From: Arenicella xantha
Lineage (GTDB): Bacteria > Pseudomonadota > Gammaproteobacteria > Arenicellales > Arenicellaceae
Direction of reading: 5' to 3'
Assembly (NCBI RefSeq): GCF_003315245.1
Contig: NZ_QNRT01000002.1
Coordinates: forward strand, 478,206 to 542,205
Length of the DNA stretch: 64,000 nt
A program made the position numbers and the translations under genes. Below, piece by piece: positions 31,433 through 39,936 of the stretch (position 1 is the stretch's first letter; the number at the start of each line of letters is the position of its first letter). The notes under the pieces were generated by a model, which was not told the origin of the DNA, did no database searches, and worked only from the letters and a program-made list of their open reading frames with translations.

Positions 31433-32569
31433 ATGATCTTATCAAGAATCGTAATCGCCCAGCATGAACGCGGTCTTGTCCTCAAGGACAAACGAATTCA
31501 TGACATTTTGATGCCAGGTATTTATTGGCGTTGGAATTTCGGATCCCGCATCGAGGTGCTGGACACAAAAAACGCGGAAGTCAGCAACCCTGAGTTACAT
31601 AAGTTGTTGGACTCCACTGCAGAGAATGATCTGCAACTGATACAGCAGTATTTAAGCGTGGTTGAACTTAGCGAAACCGAGCTTGCGTTGGTCTACCAAC
31701 GTAAAGCTTTGCGTCAAGTTTTGACTAGCGGTACTCGTCACGTGTTCTGGAAACATGCCCCCGGTTTGGAAATCAAACTGGTGGACACCAAACAAGACTA
31801 TCGAGTAGACAAGTCACTAGCGAACATTCTAGCAAGACGTTCCGGTATTACCGGATTGCTGAACCAAGTCACCGCCGCCGAAGTGGGCTCCAAGCAATTG
31901 GGCCTATTGTGGGTAGACGGTGAGCTAGTCGACACGCTGGATGCTGGTTTGCATGCATTCTGGAAAACCAACCGTTCGATCAAGGTCGAGCTAATGGAAC
32001 TCCGTTTGCAAAACTTGGAAATCGCCGGTCAGGAGATTCTGACACGCGACAAAGTGAGTCTACGACTTAACTTGTCGGCCAGCTACCAAGTGACAGATGG
32101 CGTGCGAGCGCGTCTACAGTTGAAAGACTATGAAGATTATTTGTACCGTCAATTGCAATTCGCTTTGCGTGAAGCGGTCGGAACCAAAACTTTGGACAGC
32201 CTGTTGGCTGATAAAGAAGCGCTCAACGGCGAACTGTTCCGCTCCGTGGTAAAGCAAATGGCTGAGTACGGTATCAAAGTCTCCAGCGTCGGTGTGAAAG
32301 ACATCATCTTGCCTGGCGAGATGAAAGAAATTCTGAACCACGTAGTCGCAACTGAAAAAGCGGCGCAGGCCAACGTTATTCGCCGACGCGAAGAAACTGC
32401 GGCCACACGATCATTGCTGAACACCGCTAAGCTGATGGAGTCAAACCCAACGCTATTGCGCTTGAAGGAACTGGAAACGCTTGAAAAAGTAGTCGAGAAA
32501 GTCGACAAAATCAGCGTTTTCGATGGTCTTAACGGCCTACTTCGAGACACGGTGAAGTTGCAGGTCTAA
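31433..32569 (+). CDS. SPFH/band-7 (slipin-like) domain protein
   Basis: SPFH core with the C-terminal motif …GVKDIILPGEMKEILNHVVATEKAAQANVIRRREETAA. Start chosen at the second Met with RBS gagagagg. This is the second SPFH protein in the window. Confidence 0.7.
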   Translation: MILSRIVIAQHERGLVLKDKRIHDILMPGIYWRWNFGSRIEVLDTKNAEVSNPELHKLLDSTAENDLQLIQQYLSVVELSETELALVYQRKALRQVLTSGTRHVFWKHAPGLEIKLVDTKQDYRVDKSLANILARRSGITGLLNQVTAAEVGSKQLGLLWVDGELVDTLDAGLHAFWKTNRSIKVELMELRLQNLEIAGQEILTRDKVSLRLNLSASYQVTDGVRARLQLKDYEDYLYRQLQFALREAVGTKTLDSLLADKEALNGELFRSVVKQMAEYGIKVSSVGVKDIILPGEMKEILNHVVATEKAAQANVIRRREETAATRSLLNTAKLMESNPTLLRLKELETLEKVVEKVDKISVFDGLNGLLRDTVKLQV

Positions 32570-32759
32570 TGCAATAAATGAAAAGTCTCCTCACTCAATC
32601 CGGAGTGAGGAGCACAACAAAAGGTAAGAGCGTGAGCGATTTTGTTCTGAGATAAGGCGCAACAGGGCACAGGTGAGGCGCGTACAAATTGTACGTAACG
32701 AACCGAGCACTGTTGCAACGAAATATCAGGGCAAAAGTGCCACGCGGGAAAGAATCAAA

Positions 32760-33956
32760 ATGCCCATTTTACAAACAATTAACAAAGGCCATGTTCCCGT
32801 CAAAGTCTATACAGACGATATTGAGCACTCGGCCTACCAACAACTCGTGAATATGTCGCAGATGCCATTTATTCACTCCCATATCGCCGCCATGCCAGAT
32901 GTGCATTGTGGGATTGGCGCTACCGTAGGTTCAGTTATTCCAACCAAGGGCGCCATCATTCCTGCGGCAGTGGGCGTGGACATAGGCTGTGGCATGAACG
33001 CAATTCGTTTAAGTATCAAAGCAGATCAACTGCCCGATAACTTACGCGGATTAAGAAGTGCCATAGAACGTGATGTGCCCGTTGGCTTCAACATGCACAA
33101 ATACGATGCAGTACCCGACTCCACGGTCAGAGCTTTATCTAACGGCTTATCTAACATTTGGGAGAAACACCCAAAGTTGAAAAGCAAACAGAAACAGCCA
33201 TACCAAACCTGGATTCGCCAATTGGCGACCTTAGGCGGAGGCAACCACTTCATCGAATTGTGTCTAGACGAAAACGACGATGTGTGGGTAATGCTGCACT
33301 CCGGCAGTCGCGGTGTTGGCAATGCGATTGGTCAGTATTTTATTGAGATGGCACGGCGCGACATGGAAAAGGTTCAAATGAACCTACCCGACCGCGACCT
33401 AGCCTACTTCAATGAAGGTACGAGCCACTTTAACGACTACATAGAGGCGGTCGGCTGGGCGCAAGACTACGCCATGATCAACCGCCGAGAGATGATGCGA
33501 TTAGTACTCAAAGTGCTAAAAGCAAGATTGCCGAATTTTAAAGTAACGAAAGAAGCAATTAACTGTCATCACAACTACGTGTCAGAAGAGCATCACTTTG
33601 GCGAAACCGTGTTCGTGACCCGCAAAGGCGCGATTAGAGCAAGAGAAGGAGAGTTAGGAATCATCCCCGGCAGTATGGGCGCTAAATCGTTCATCGTAAG
33701 GGGCAAAGGTAACGAAAGCTCCTTCTGCTCTTGTTCACACGGAGCTGGCCGAGTGATGAGCCGCAGCAAGGCAAAACGGTTGTTCAACGAACAAGATTTG
33801 GCAACGCAAACCGCCGACGTGGAATGCAAAAAAGACAAATCCGTCATCGACGAAATACCCGCAGCCTACAAAGACATCGACAAAGTAATGGCCAACCAAA
33901 CCGACCTAGTAGATGTAGTACACACCCTAAAGCAAGTAGTTTGCATCAAGGGCTAA
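32760..33956 (+). CDS. rtcB: RtcB family RNA-splicing ligase (3'-phosphate/5'-hydroxyl RNA ligase)
   Basis: MPFIHSHIAAMPDVHCGIGATVGSVIPT is collinear with the E. coli RtcB N-terminus. The metal-binding His/Cys motifs (…NCHHNY…, CSCSHGAGR) are present. Confidence 0.9.
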   Translation: MPILQTINKGHVPVKVYTDDIEHSAYQQLVNMSQMPFIHSHIAAMPDVHCGIGATVGSVIPTKGAIIPAAVGVDIGCGMNAIRLSIKADQLPDNLRGLRSAIERDVPVGFNMHKYDAVPDSTVRALSNGLSNIWEKHPKLKSKQKQPYQTWIRQLATLGGGNHFIELCLDENDDVWVMLHSGSRGVGNAIGQYFIEMARRDMEKVQMNLPDRDLAYFNEGTSHFNDYIEAVGWAQDYAMINRREMMRLVLKVLKARLPNFKVTKEAINCHHNYVSEEHHFGETVFVTRKGAIRAREGELGIIPGSMGAKSFIVRGKGNESSFCSCSHGAGRVMSRSKAKRLFNEQDLATQTADVECKKDKSVIDEIPAAYKDIDKVMANQTDLVDVVHTLKQVVCIKG

Positions 33957-34053
33957 ACCGTCACGGCCGAGCAAAACTCGGTCGTGACACTTAACGAACA
34001 ACAACGGCGCAGCTCAAAGAGCGAGCCGTCTATAGACTCCCCGTTTGGGGTCG

Positions 34054-34147
34054 CCATAATTTAGTGTTCTTGAAAGGGGGTCGTCGGCGAGGACTGTCTG
34101 AGCGAAGCGAGTTCCGCAGCCGCCCTTTCAAGAACACTAAATTATGG
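34054..34147. repeat. Perfect 25-bp inverted repeat (ccataatttagtgttcttgaaaggg / ccctttcaagaacactaaattatgg) with a 44-nt loop
   Basis: Seen directly, 100 bp after the rtcB stop. No U-tract follows, so it is not a standard intrinsic terminator. Confidence 0.8.
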
Positions 34148-34362
34148 GAACCCGAAGGGCGACTACAACAGGGGCGTGTTTCTTTGGTTCCGTTTCTTTG
34201 CACGAGCAAAGCACCCCAAGGGCATCTGAAAATGAACGCCCGTCGCGGCGAGCGACAATCTCTAACAAAACGCAAAAACGAAATGATCAACCAACCACCA
34301 AAACAAAAATTGAAACCAAAACCAAAATAACCCCTGCCCAACAAGCAGGCAAAAAACAAAAA

Positions 34363-35379
34363 ATGAACACTCAACTACTAACAGACGTGATCACCTGCTT
34401 ACCAAAAGGAAAAACCCACTACCGATACTTCAAAGGCGCCTACGCCCCAAGACTCTTATCGATATTGCTTCCTGAGCAAGCCAGCGTTCACCAACTAAAA
34501 CAAACACGATTCAAGCGCTTGTTAGAGCATCCAACAGTCAAACCTATTGTGGCCAACTGTGGCAATGGCGTGCTCGACGCAAATCAACTGAATAACGTAT
34601 GGCAAGACCCCTCTCAACCCTTCCTACTCACAGTAAGCCGTTGGGGCGGCGAACGAGATCGCAGCTGGTTTCAAACTTCGCGCCATGGTGAAAACCTGGT
34701 GCTGCAATTGAACTTACCGGTTGAGCATCAGCGCCAATACCAAGCGCATATTGACGACAGCGGTAATGAAACACTGAACGGCGCCGACTCATGCCACCCA
34801 GTGCAACTGCCGAAAGACAATCCAAACTTTCGCGAAACCCTAGCGTGGTCACGCATCGACATAGACTTTGACACCAACGAAGCCCTAATCGAAGAAGTAC
34901 AAAGCGACGGCGCAAGATACCTTATGTGGTGGGAGAAACGCTACAAGCGCTGCCGCTGCGAACGCTGCCAGCAACGCCTGAAGTACATCGATTGGATGCA
35001 ACGCTACCGAGAGATATGGGCCGAAGCACTTCTGTGCGCAACCATCGAATTCATCCAAAACGAACTCGGTGTAGAACGCATCTTTATGCACACTGCTCGT
35101 TCTGGTTGGCAGGTAAAAAATATGGATCGAGACTGGCACGCGCCCCGCTCGTTGTATTCTGATTTGCCGAAGAAGTTTGCGTTTAAACAGACGTGGGCAG
35201 CACCGGAGTTTTTGTTGGCGACCAAGTGTTATCAGCGTTTGATTCGTAAGCAGCCGGATATTGATTTTTATCAGTTGAGTTTGGATGAGTTGCGTCAAAC
35301 TATCCGTCGTCCAGAGGAACGCAGCGACGCCGGATCTCGTCATGCAAATGTAGGAGGTGCATCATGTCACGCCGTGTAG
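34363..35379 (+). CDS. Hypothetical protein (338 aa) downstream of rtcB
   Basis: Start chosen at MNTQLLTDV…, after the hairpin. The listed longer ORF runs through the inverted repeat. The product is Cys/Trp/Arg-rich with no family I recognise. Confidence 0.45.
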   Translation: MNTQLLTDVITCLPKGKTHYRYFKGAYAPRLLSILLPEQASVHQLKQTRFKRLLEHPTVKPIVANCGNGVLDANQLNNVWQDPSQPFLLTVSRWGGERDRSWFQTSRHGENLVLQLNLPVEHQRQYQAHIDDSGNETLNGADSCHPVQLPKDNPNFRETLAWSRIDIDFDTNEALIEEVQSDGARYLMWWEKRYKRCRCERCQQRLKYIDWMQRYREIWAEALLCATIEFIQNELGVERIFMHTARSGWQVKNMDRDWHAPRSLYSDLPKKFAFKQTWAAPEFLLATKCYQRLIRKQPDIDFYQLSLDELRQTIRRPEERSDAGSRHANVGGASCHAV

Positions 35380-35874
35380 GAAATACCATCGTGCCGCGCA
35401 ACCATGTGGTGCGCGCTTCTGCGTCTCGGCGTGGCGGCGTGCATGAGCGTGGGCGGACTGCTGAGCGGATGGGGAGTCGGGCGAAAGTTCGGGAGATGGC
35501 TGAGGATTGGCGGGAGGATTTGGCGTTTGAGCGTGAAGTTCGGGTTGAGCTAAATGATGATGAATAACTGAGGGTAAGATGATGAGATTTAGAGAATTAC
35601 TTAGACTGCGAGGGTTTGGTTTCCATTAGTTACTTTTAGCTGATGGAGGCTGATATGAGATATGTTACTTGGTTTAGACAACCGCGTACTAAGAATGAAA
35701 TGTGGCAGTTTTATACTGCTTTTGATGATGAGTTGGGGGTTCGGATTAAGGTTCGGGTGCGTCGGAGTCCTAAGTACTTGCCTACTGCTTGGGATGATTT
35801 GGAGCGTGGTGAGTTTGGTGTGCGTTGTTGGAAGATTTATGGGAGGACCCAATGGAAGTGATGTTTATAAATTA

Positions 35875-36068
35875 TGGATGGGGCCAATTACTATGACAAT
35901 GCTGTTGAAGAACGATTCTTTGGCCGCTTGAAGTACGAATAGCTCGCCAATGTTATCCATTTAACTCGCGATGGAACTATCAATGACGTTAACCAATACA
36001 TCCGCTACTATAACGGCACTAGACTCCACGCAACATAAGATTACCAAACTCCAAACGAGTACGAAAAC
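35875..36068 (+). pseudogene. Relic of an IS3-family transposase (OrfB C-terminus) with two in-frame stops
   Basis: Translation GANYYDNAVEERFFGRLKYE*LANVIHLTRDGTINDVNQYIRYYNGTRLHAT*DYQTPNEYEN matches the conserved IS3 OrfB tail (C/Y-DNA-ESFF-LK-E … YI-FYN-R-HS-LGY-SP-EYE). Confidence 0.6.
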
Positions 36069-36331
36069 TCTCAAATCAATGTGTGCAACCAAACCAAACT
36101 AGTACATTACACTTCGGTCGCACACCGTGAGACGCAGAATACAGAACGCGGGCCTACTGTGCGTTTACTATTTATATGCTTGCAGAAATGATCGGCGATC
36201 TTTTGACTTTGTCAGCCTTCCAAATTTGGTCGGCGAACATGTAAGTCCCTCGTGGGCAGCTTCTCGTTGCTGGAGACTGCGTAGTCCGAGCCTAAGCTGC
36301 GGTACAGTACTTCTTTATATTTACACCGATC

Positions 36332-37033
36332 TTACTGTACTGCACAGCGATTAAATCGACCTTCGAGCTGATGTTGCACTTGGCGCCAATACTGCAAACA
36401 CATGACATCACGTGCCAATAGACGTGCGTTCAGGTCGGACTCACCCTTTACCTTGAGGGTGAATTTCGACTGAGCCTTGAAGCCTTGGAGTGCGTTTTGA
36501 AAACGATTACCTTCGCTTTCGTCAATCGATGTAATACAAGCCAGTGCAGTTGTATCAAGCTTATCCAAAAGGATCGCGCAATTTTTACCCATGCCCTCAG
36601 TCGACACGTCGACCTCTCTTGACGGCGCGTCCCAATCGACTAAGAAGTTGGTCTCACTGCTCCACTTGCCTGGGGCGCCGCCGCCTGCAAACCCGCTAGC
36701 CCCCTTTAAGTTCTCGGTGAAAATTTGCTCGAATTGCATACGATACGGAACGTACCAGTCAGATGGGGTATCAATATCCGGTAAACAATCAGCTGCATGC
36801 AGCATTTTTGCGCGCTTTCTAGCCGCTAGACCTGAGCCGTCAGAGATTGCTGGCATTGCCACGGCCGGCGATACGCTGACAATCGAACAGCCTTGGAAAG
36901 TGATGGCGAGCGAAGCATCTGGCAAATCTTTATCGGCGTTGGAGCCACAGGCGGCTAGTAACATGCAGACAACGATGAGCAGTGCAGTTGATGAGCGTGC
37001 AAGATTCGAGCAATCAATCATATAATTATTCAT
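36332..37033 (-). CDS. Hypothetical lipoprotein
   Basis: Signal peptide with lipobox LLAAC|GS. No family recognised. Confidence 0.5.
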   Translation of the reverse strand: MNNYMIDCSNLARSSTALLIVVCMLLAACGSNADKDLPDASLAITFQGCSIVSVSPAVAMPAISDGSGLAARKRAKMLHAADCLPDIDTPSDWYVPYRMQFEQIFTENLKGASGFAGGGAPGKWSSETNFLVDWDAPSREVDVSTEGMGKNCAILLDKLDTTALACITSIDESEGNRFQNALQGFKAQSKFTLKVKGESDLNARLLARDVMCLQYWRQVQHQLEGRFNRCAVQ

Positions 37034-37440
37034 TGACCTTCCATTGATGGAGCGTCACTATACTTGAAATTAGTAAATAGAACGAGTGAGGATGATCTGT
37101 TTTATGTAGTCAGCCTCGGGTGACGATGCGCGTCTAAGTCGTACCTAACCGACCGTTAAAGATCTTTAGCCCCAACTGCCATTTGACGTTAGATTATTGG
37201 TTGCAAGATGCCGTTTTGCAGTAGCGTGTTTTGAGGCGCCTACGCTGCCTTGTGTAAAATTGCCTTAGGCGTGGCTCATATTACAAGGACACCCCTCACT
37301 AGAACAGGTCAGCCTAAAAGTCCTCCATCATTAGAACGTTCCATAAAACTGTAGCGAATACTCGCCCTACTCCTCTAAAAGAAAGGACGGGGGTCAGGAT
37401 CGAGGGAGTCATAGATCAAAAACCTGCCCCTCCTTGCTTG

Positions 37441-37660
37441 TTCCGAATATCAACCCTTTCTGAGTCATCACACCGATATCGTTGAGTACGGCTTCGTCCA
37501 TCGTTTCGGAGAACAAATCGCGATAGTTCTCTAACCGCAACGCCACCGACGGCATATCGAACTCCGTTTCGATTCAATCCAAATTGTCTGGGTAGCTTAC
37601 CTTATCAGGCTGTCATTGTTAATTCGGCTCTGACCCCTTTTCTCTCCCCCTTTTCTTCTT
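37441..37660 (-). repeat. Copy A (shorter, ~80% identical) of a ~300-bp repeat derived from the 3' end of a COG1943/RAYT-like transposase gene plus ~90 bp of conserved flank
   Basis: It aligns with 39720-39935 and 42395-42610. The shared block ccgtttcgattcaat(c/t)(c/t)aaattgtc(t/a)gggtagcttaycttrtcaggctgtcattgttaattcggctctg(a/c)ccccttttc is present. Confidence 0.7.
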
Positions 37661-37702
37661 ATATCGATATCACCAATCGTGGCGGACTAGCATCGAACAA
37701 CG

Positions 37703-37732
37703 CAACACAACACAACACAACACAACACAACA
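37703..37732. repeat. Pentanucleotide microsatellite (CAACA)6
   Basis: caacacaacacaacacaacacaacacaaca seen, ~310 bp upstream of the start of the 38043 gene. Confidence 0.85.
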
Positions 37733-38042
37733 AATCATCGTTCAAGCGTCTGGATACTTCTATAAAAAATAGCGCTGACTGATGGTTATTTCAGAGAAAT
37801 ATACCGCAGATAGAGCAAACGCAGCCACCCAAGGTACAGCGTAAGTCTTTGAACGAAATTAATTCTCAGAAAAACCTTCTAAAGCCGTTCACGTATTTTT
37901 AAAAAAGACTCACTTAATTGAACCATACCTGTTCCGCTAAACACTTATAGGGAAGTACGTGTGTTTCCTCGTCAGGCATCACACAGTCATTAGCGGTGTT
38001 CGCCAACTTTGGTTGAACAATCTAGAAAGCGGAAGGTTTAAT

Positions 38043-39530
38043 ATGGTTCATTTCTCACGTCAATTGTGTCGGTCCTTGTCTTTGTTTTTCACGACTTTGG
38101 TTATTCATGGAATAGTCCTTTCAGCGTCTGCCGCCGAAGTTCCTGAGTATCAGGACATATTTCCTGAGCTGTCGTTAAATGGCAGCATCAACAGAATCCA
38201 AATGACGGAAAGCGGAAAACATCTGGTGGCATTGGTGGAGTCTGCCACTACCGGACAGAATGAACTATTTAGTATTCGCTTAGATAACAGAGTAGCTACC
38301 AAGCTGCATGTACCCTTAAACGGAGGTAACCAGGTTTCAGGTTTCAAAATAAGCCCGAATGGGAATCTGGTAGTGTATCGGACTCAATTTCTTACAGACT
38401 CGTCTGATCAACTATTTAGCGTCTCAATCAATGGTGGTGAGTCCGTCGTACTTAATCCCTTGTTGCTGAGCAATCGCTCTGTGAGGGATTTCTTGATTTC
38501 ACCCAACAGCCAATTTGTTGTTTTTCAAGGTGATATCGATGTCGACGAGAGAAGGGAAGTTTACAGCGTCCCCATTCAAGGAGGTACAGTAATTAAGCTG
38601 AACTCAAATCTTATAAACGGACAGTCTTTATTTGGCCTTGAGATAACGCCGAACAGTGATCGAGTTATCTACAGGAAGACAGACCCGAGCTTTAAGACTG
38701 ATCTTGTCAGTGTGCCAATCGGCGGCGGCTCAGAGGTGCGTTTGCATCCAACACGAACGAACGGCGCATCTGCAAAAAGTTTCGGCACGTATTCCTCGGA
38801 TGGTCGTTCAGTTTTATTGGGGTTTGGCTATGGACTTTTTCAGAGTGAAGATGTTTTTATAGCCACAATCGATGGAAGCACACCGCCACTGCATGTGGTT
38901 AAGCGGTCAACTACCGATTTCAAGATATCTGAAGCGCACTTTACTTTGGATGATCGATTCATCATTTTTCTCGGAAAAAATGAAAGCGCTACATCAAATA
39001 ATCAACAGCACTTATTTAGATCCGACCTTGCTGAGGACGCTGCGCTGGTGCGATTCACACCGATATTACCCAACGCCTTAGGTATTCGCCAACCTTTTCT
39101 TCACCCAGACGGTATCCACGTTGTCTATCGAGCAACACCTAGCACCTCGAATATATTTGAAGTATTTCAGATACCAATTGCCGGTGGCGAGCCAGAGTTA
39201 TTAAGTGGCGTCAGCTCTGCTAATTATACAACCAATGACTTTCTGGTAAGCAGGGATGGTAAACATATAATGTTCAACAAAATTCTATTACCTAGTTTCG
39301 TCCAACAACTATTTGTGACTTCGTTTAATGATAAAAAAACCAGCGCAATTAGCGACACCTTCTTCACCGAATCGGAAAGTACCATTGGCTATGACATAGG
39401 GTCGTCGATCTCAAACTCACTCTTCCTATCGCTAAATCGTGATGCCGTGTTTGTTCCTAAAGTCGAAAATGATGAGCTTTGTGTGCCTATTAAAGTTAAA
39501 AATGGTCGTGTCGCAGTAGTCTGTTTATAG
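38043..39530 (+). CDS. Secreted TolB-like PD40 beta-propeller repeat protein ending in ELCVPIKVKNGRVAVVCL
   Basis: Signal peptide MVHFSRQLCRSLSLFFTTLVIHGIVLSASAA (RBS ggaagg). Repeated blades of the form (F/Y)SxxxxGGxxxxL…(I/F)SP(N/D)…V(V/I)(Y/F). The C-terminal motif is shared with the protein at 58336..60066. Confidence 0.6.
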   Translation: MVHFSRQLCRSLSLFFTTLVIHGIVLSASAAEVPEYQDIFPELSLNGSINRIQMTESGKHLVALVESATTGQNELFSIRLDNRVATKLHVPLNGGNQVSGFKISPNGNLVVYRTQFLTDSSDQLFSVSINGGESVVLNPLLLSNRSVRDFLISPNSQFVVFQGDIDVDERREVYSVPIQGGTVIKLNSNLINGQSLFGLEITPNSDRVIYRKTDPSFKTDLVSVPIGGGSEVRLHPTRTNGASAKSFGTYSSDGRSVLLGFGYGLFQSEDVFIATIDGSTPPLHVVKRSTTDFKISEAHFTLDDRFIIFLGKNESATSNNQQHLFRSDLAEDAALVRFTPILPNALGIRQPFLHPDGIHVVYRATPSTSNIFEVFQIPIAGGEPELLSGVSSANYTTNDFLVSRDGKHIMFNKILLPSFVQQLFVTSFNDKKTSAISDTFFTESESTIGYDIGSSISNSLFLSLNRDAVFVPKVENDELCVPIKVKNGRVAVVCL

Positions 39531-39635
39531 GGGCAAGATAAGCACGACTGGAACCTAGATTGATAGGCTCGCACTGCGAGCCTTAGAGAACGCTACTGAG
39601 GTTTTAGATACCTACAAGTAAAAAGCAAGTAAAAA

Positions 39636-39935
39636 GGGTCAGAGCCGTTTTTTCGTTGGCCGCCCTATTGGGCGATGCTCAACCTCACGACCAAGTAGCT
39701 CAGCAACCTGCGACCGAAACTCATCGGATCCTAATATCAAACCTCTCGGAGTCGTCACACGGGTATCCTTAAGTACCGCTTCGTCCAACTTTCCAGAGAA
39801 CAAATCGCGATACTTCAATAACTGCGACGCCACCGACCGCATATCGAACTCCGTTTCGATTCAATCTAAATTGTCTGGGTAGCTTATCTTGTCAGGCTGT
39901 CATTGTTAATTCGGCTCTGCCCCCTTTTCTTCTTC
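39636..39935 (-). repeat. Copy B of the ~300-bp transposase-tail repeat
   Basis: ~88% identical to copy C over ~300 bp. The embedded ORF 39639..39842 (…LGSDEFRSQVAELLGREVEHRPIGRPTKKRL) matches the C-terminal tail of COG1943 IS200-like/RAYT-type proteins; the Y1 catalytic domain is absent (stop 7 codons upstream of the Met). Confidence 0.75.
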
Positions 39936-39936
39936 G

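Noticed and set aside
34030-34374. ORFs 34030..34374 (-) and 34064..34330 (+), and the long 34144 start of the downstream gene
   Set aside because: They overlap the 25-bp perfect inverted repeat and are low-complexity (Lys/Thr/Gln-rich) translations of AC-rich spacer DNA. The shorter start at 34363 is preferred.
35364-35861. ORFs 35364..35567 and 35643..35861 as genes
   Set aside because: They lie in the C-depleted tract. Translations are plausible-looking but have no recognisable motifs, and the composition artefact inflates Gly/Val/Arg/Trp. They are kept only as part of the compositional-anomaly finding.
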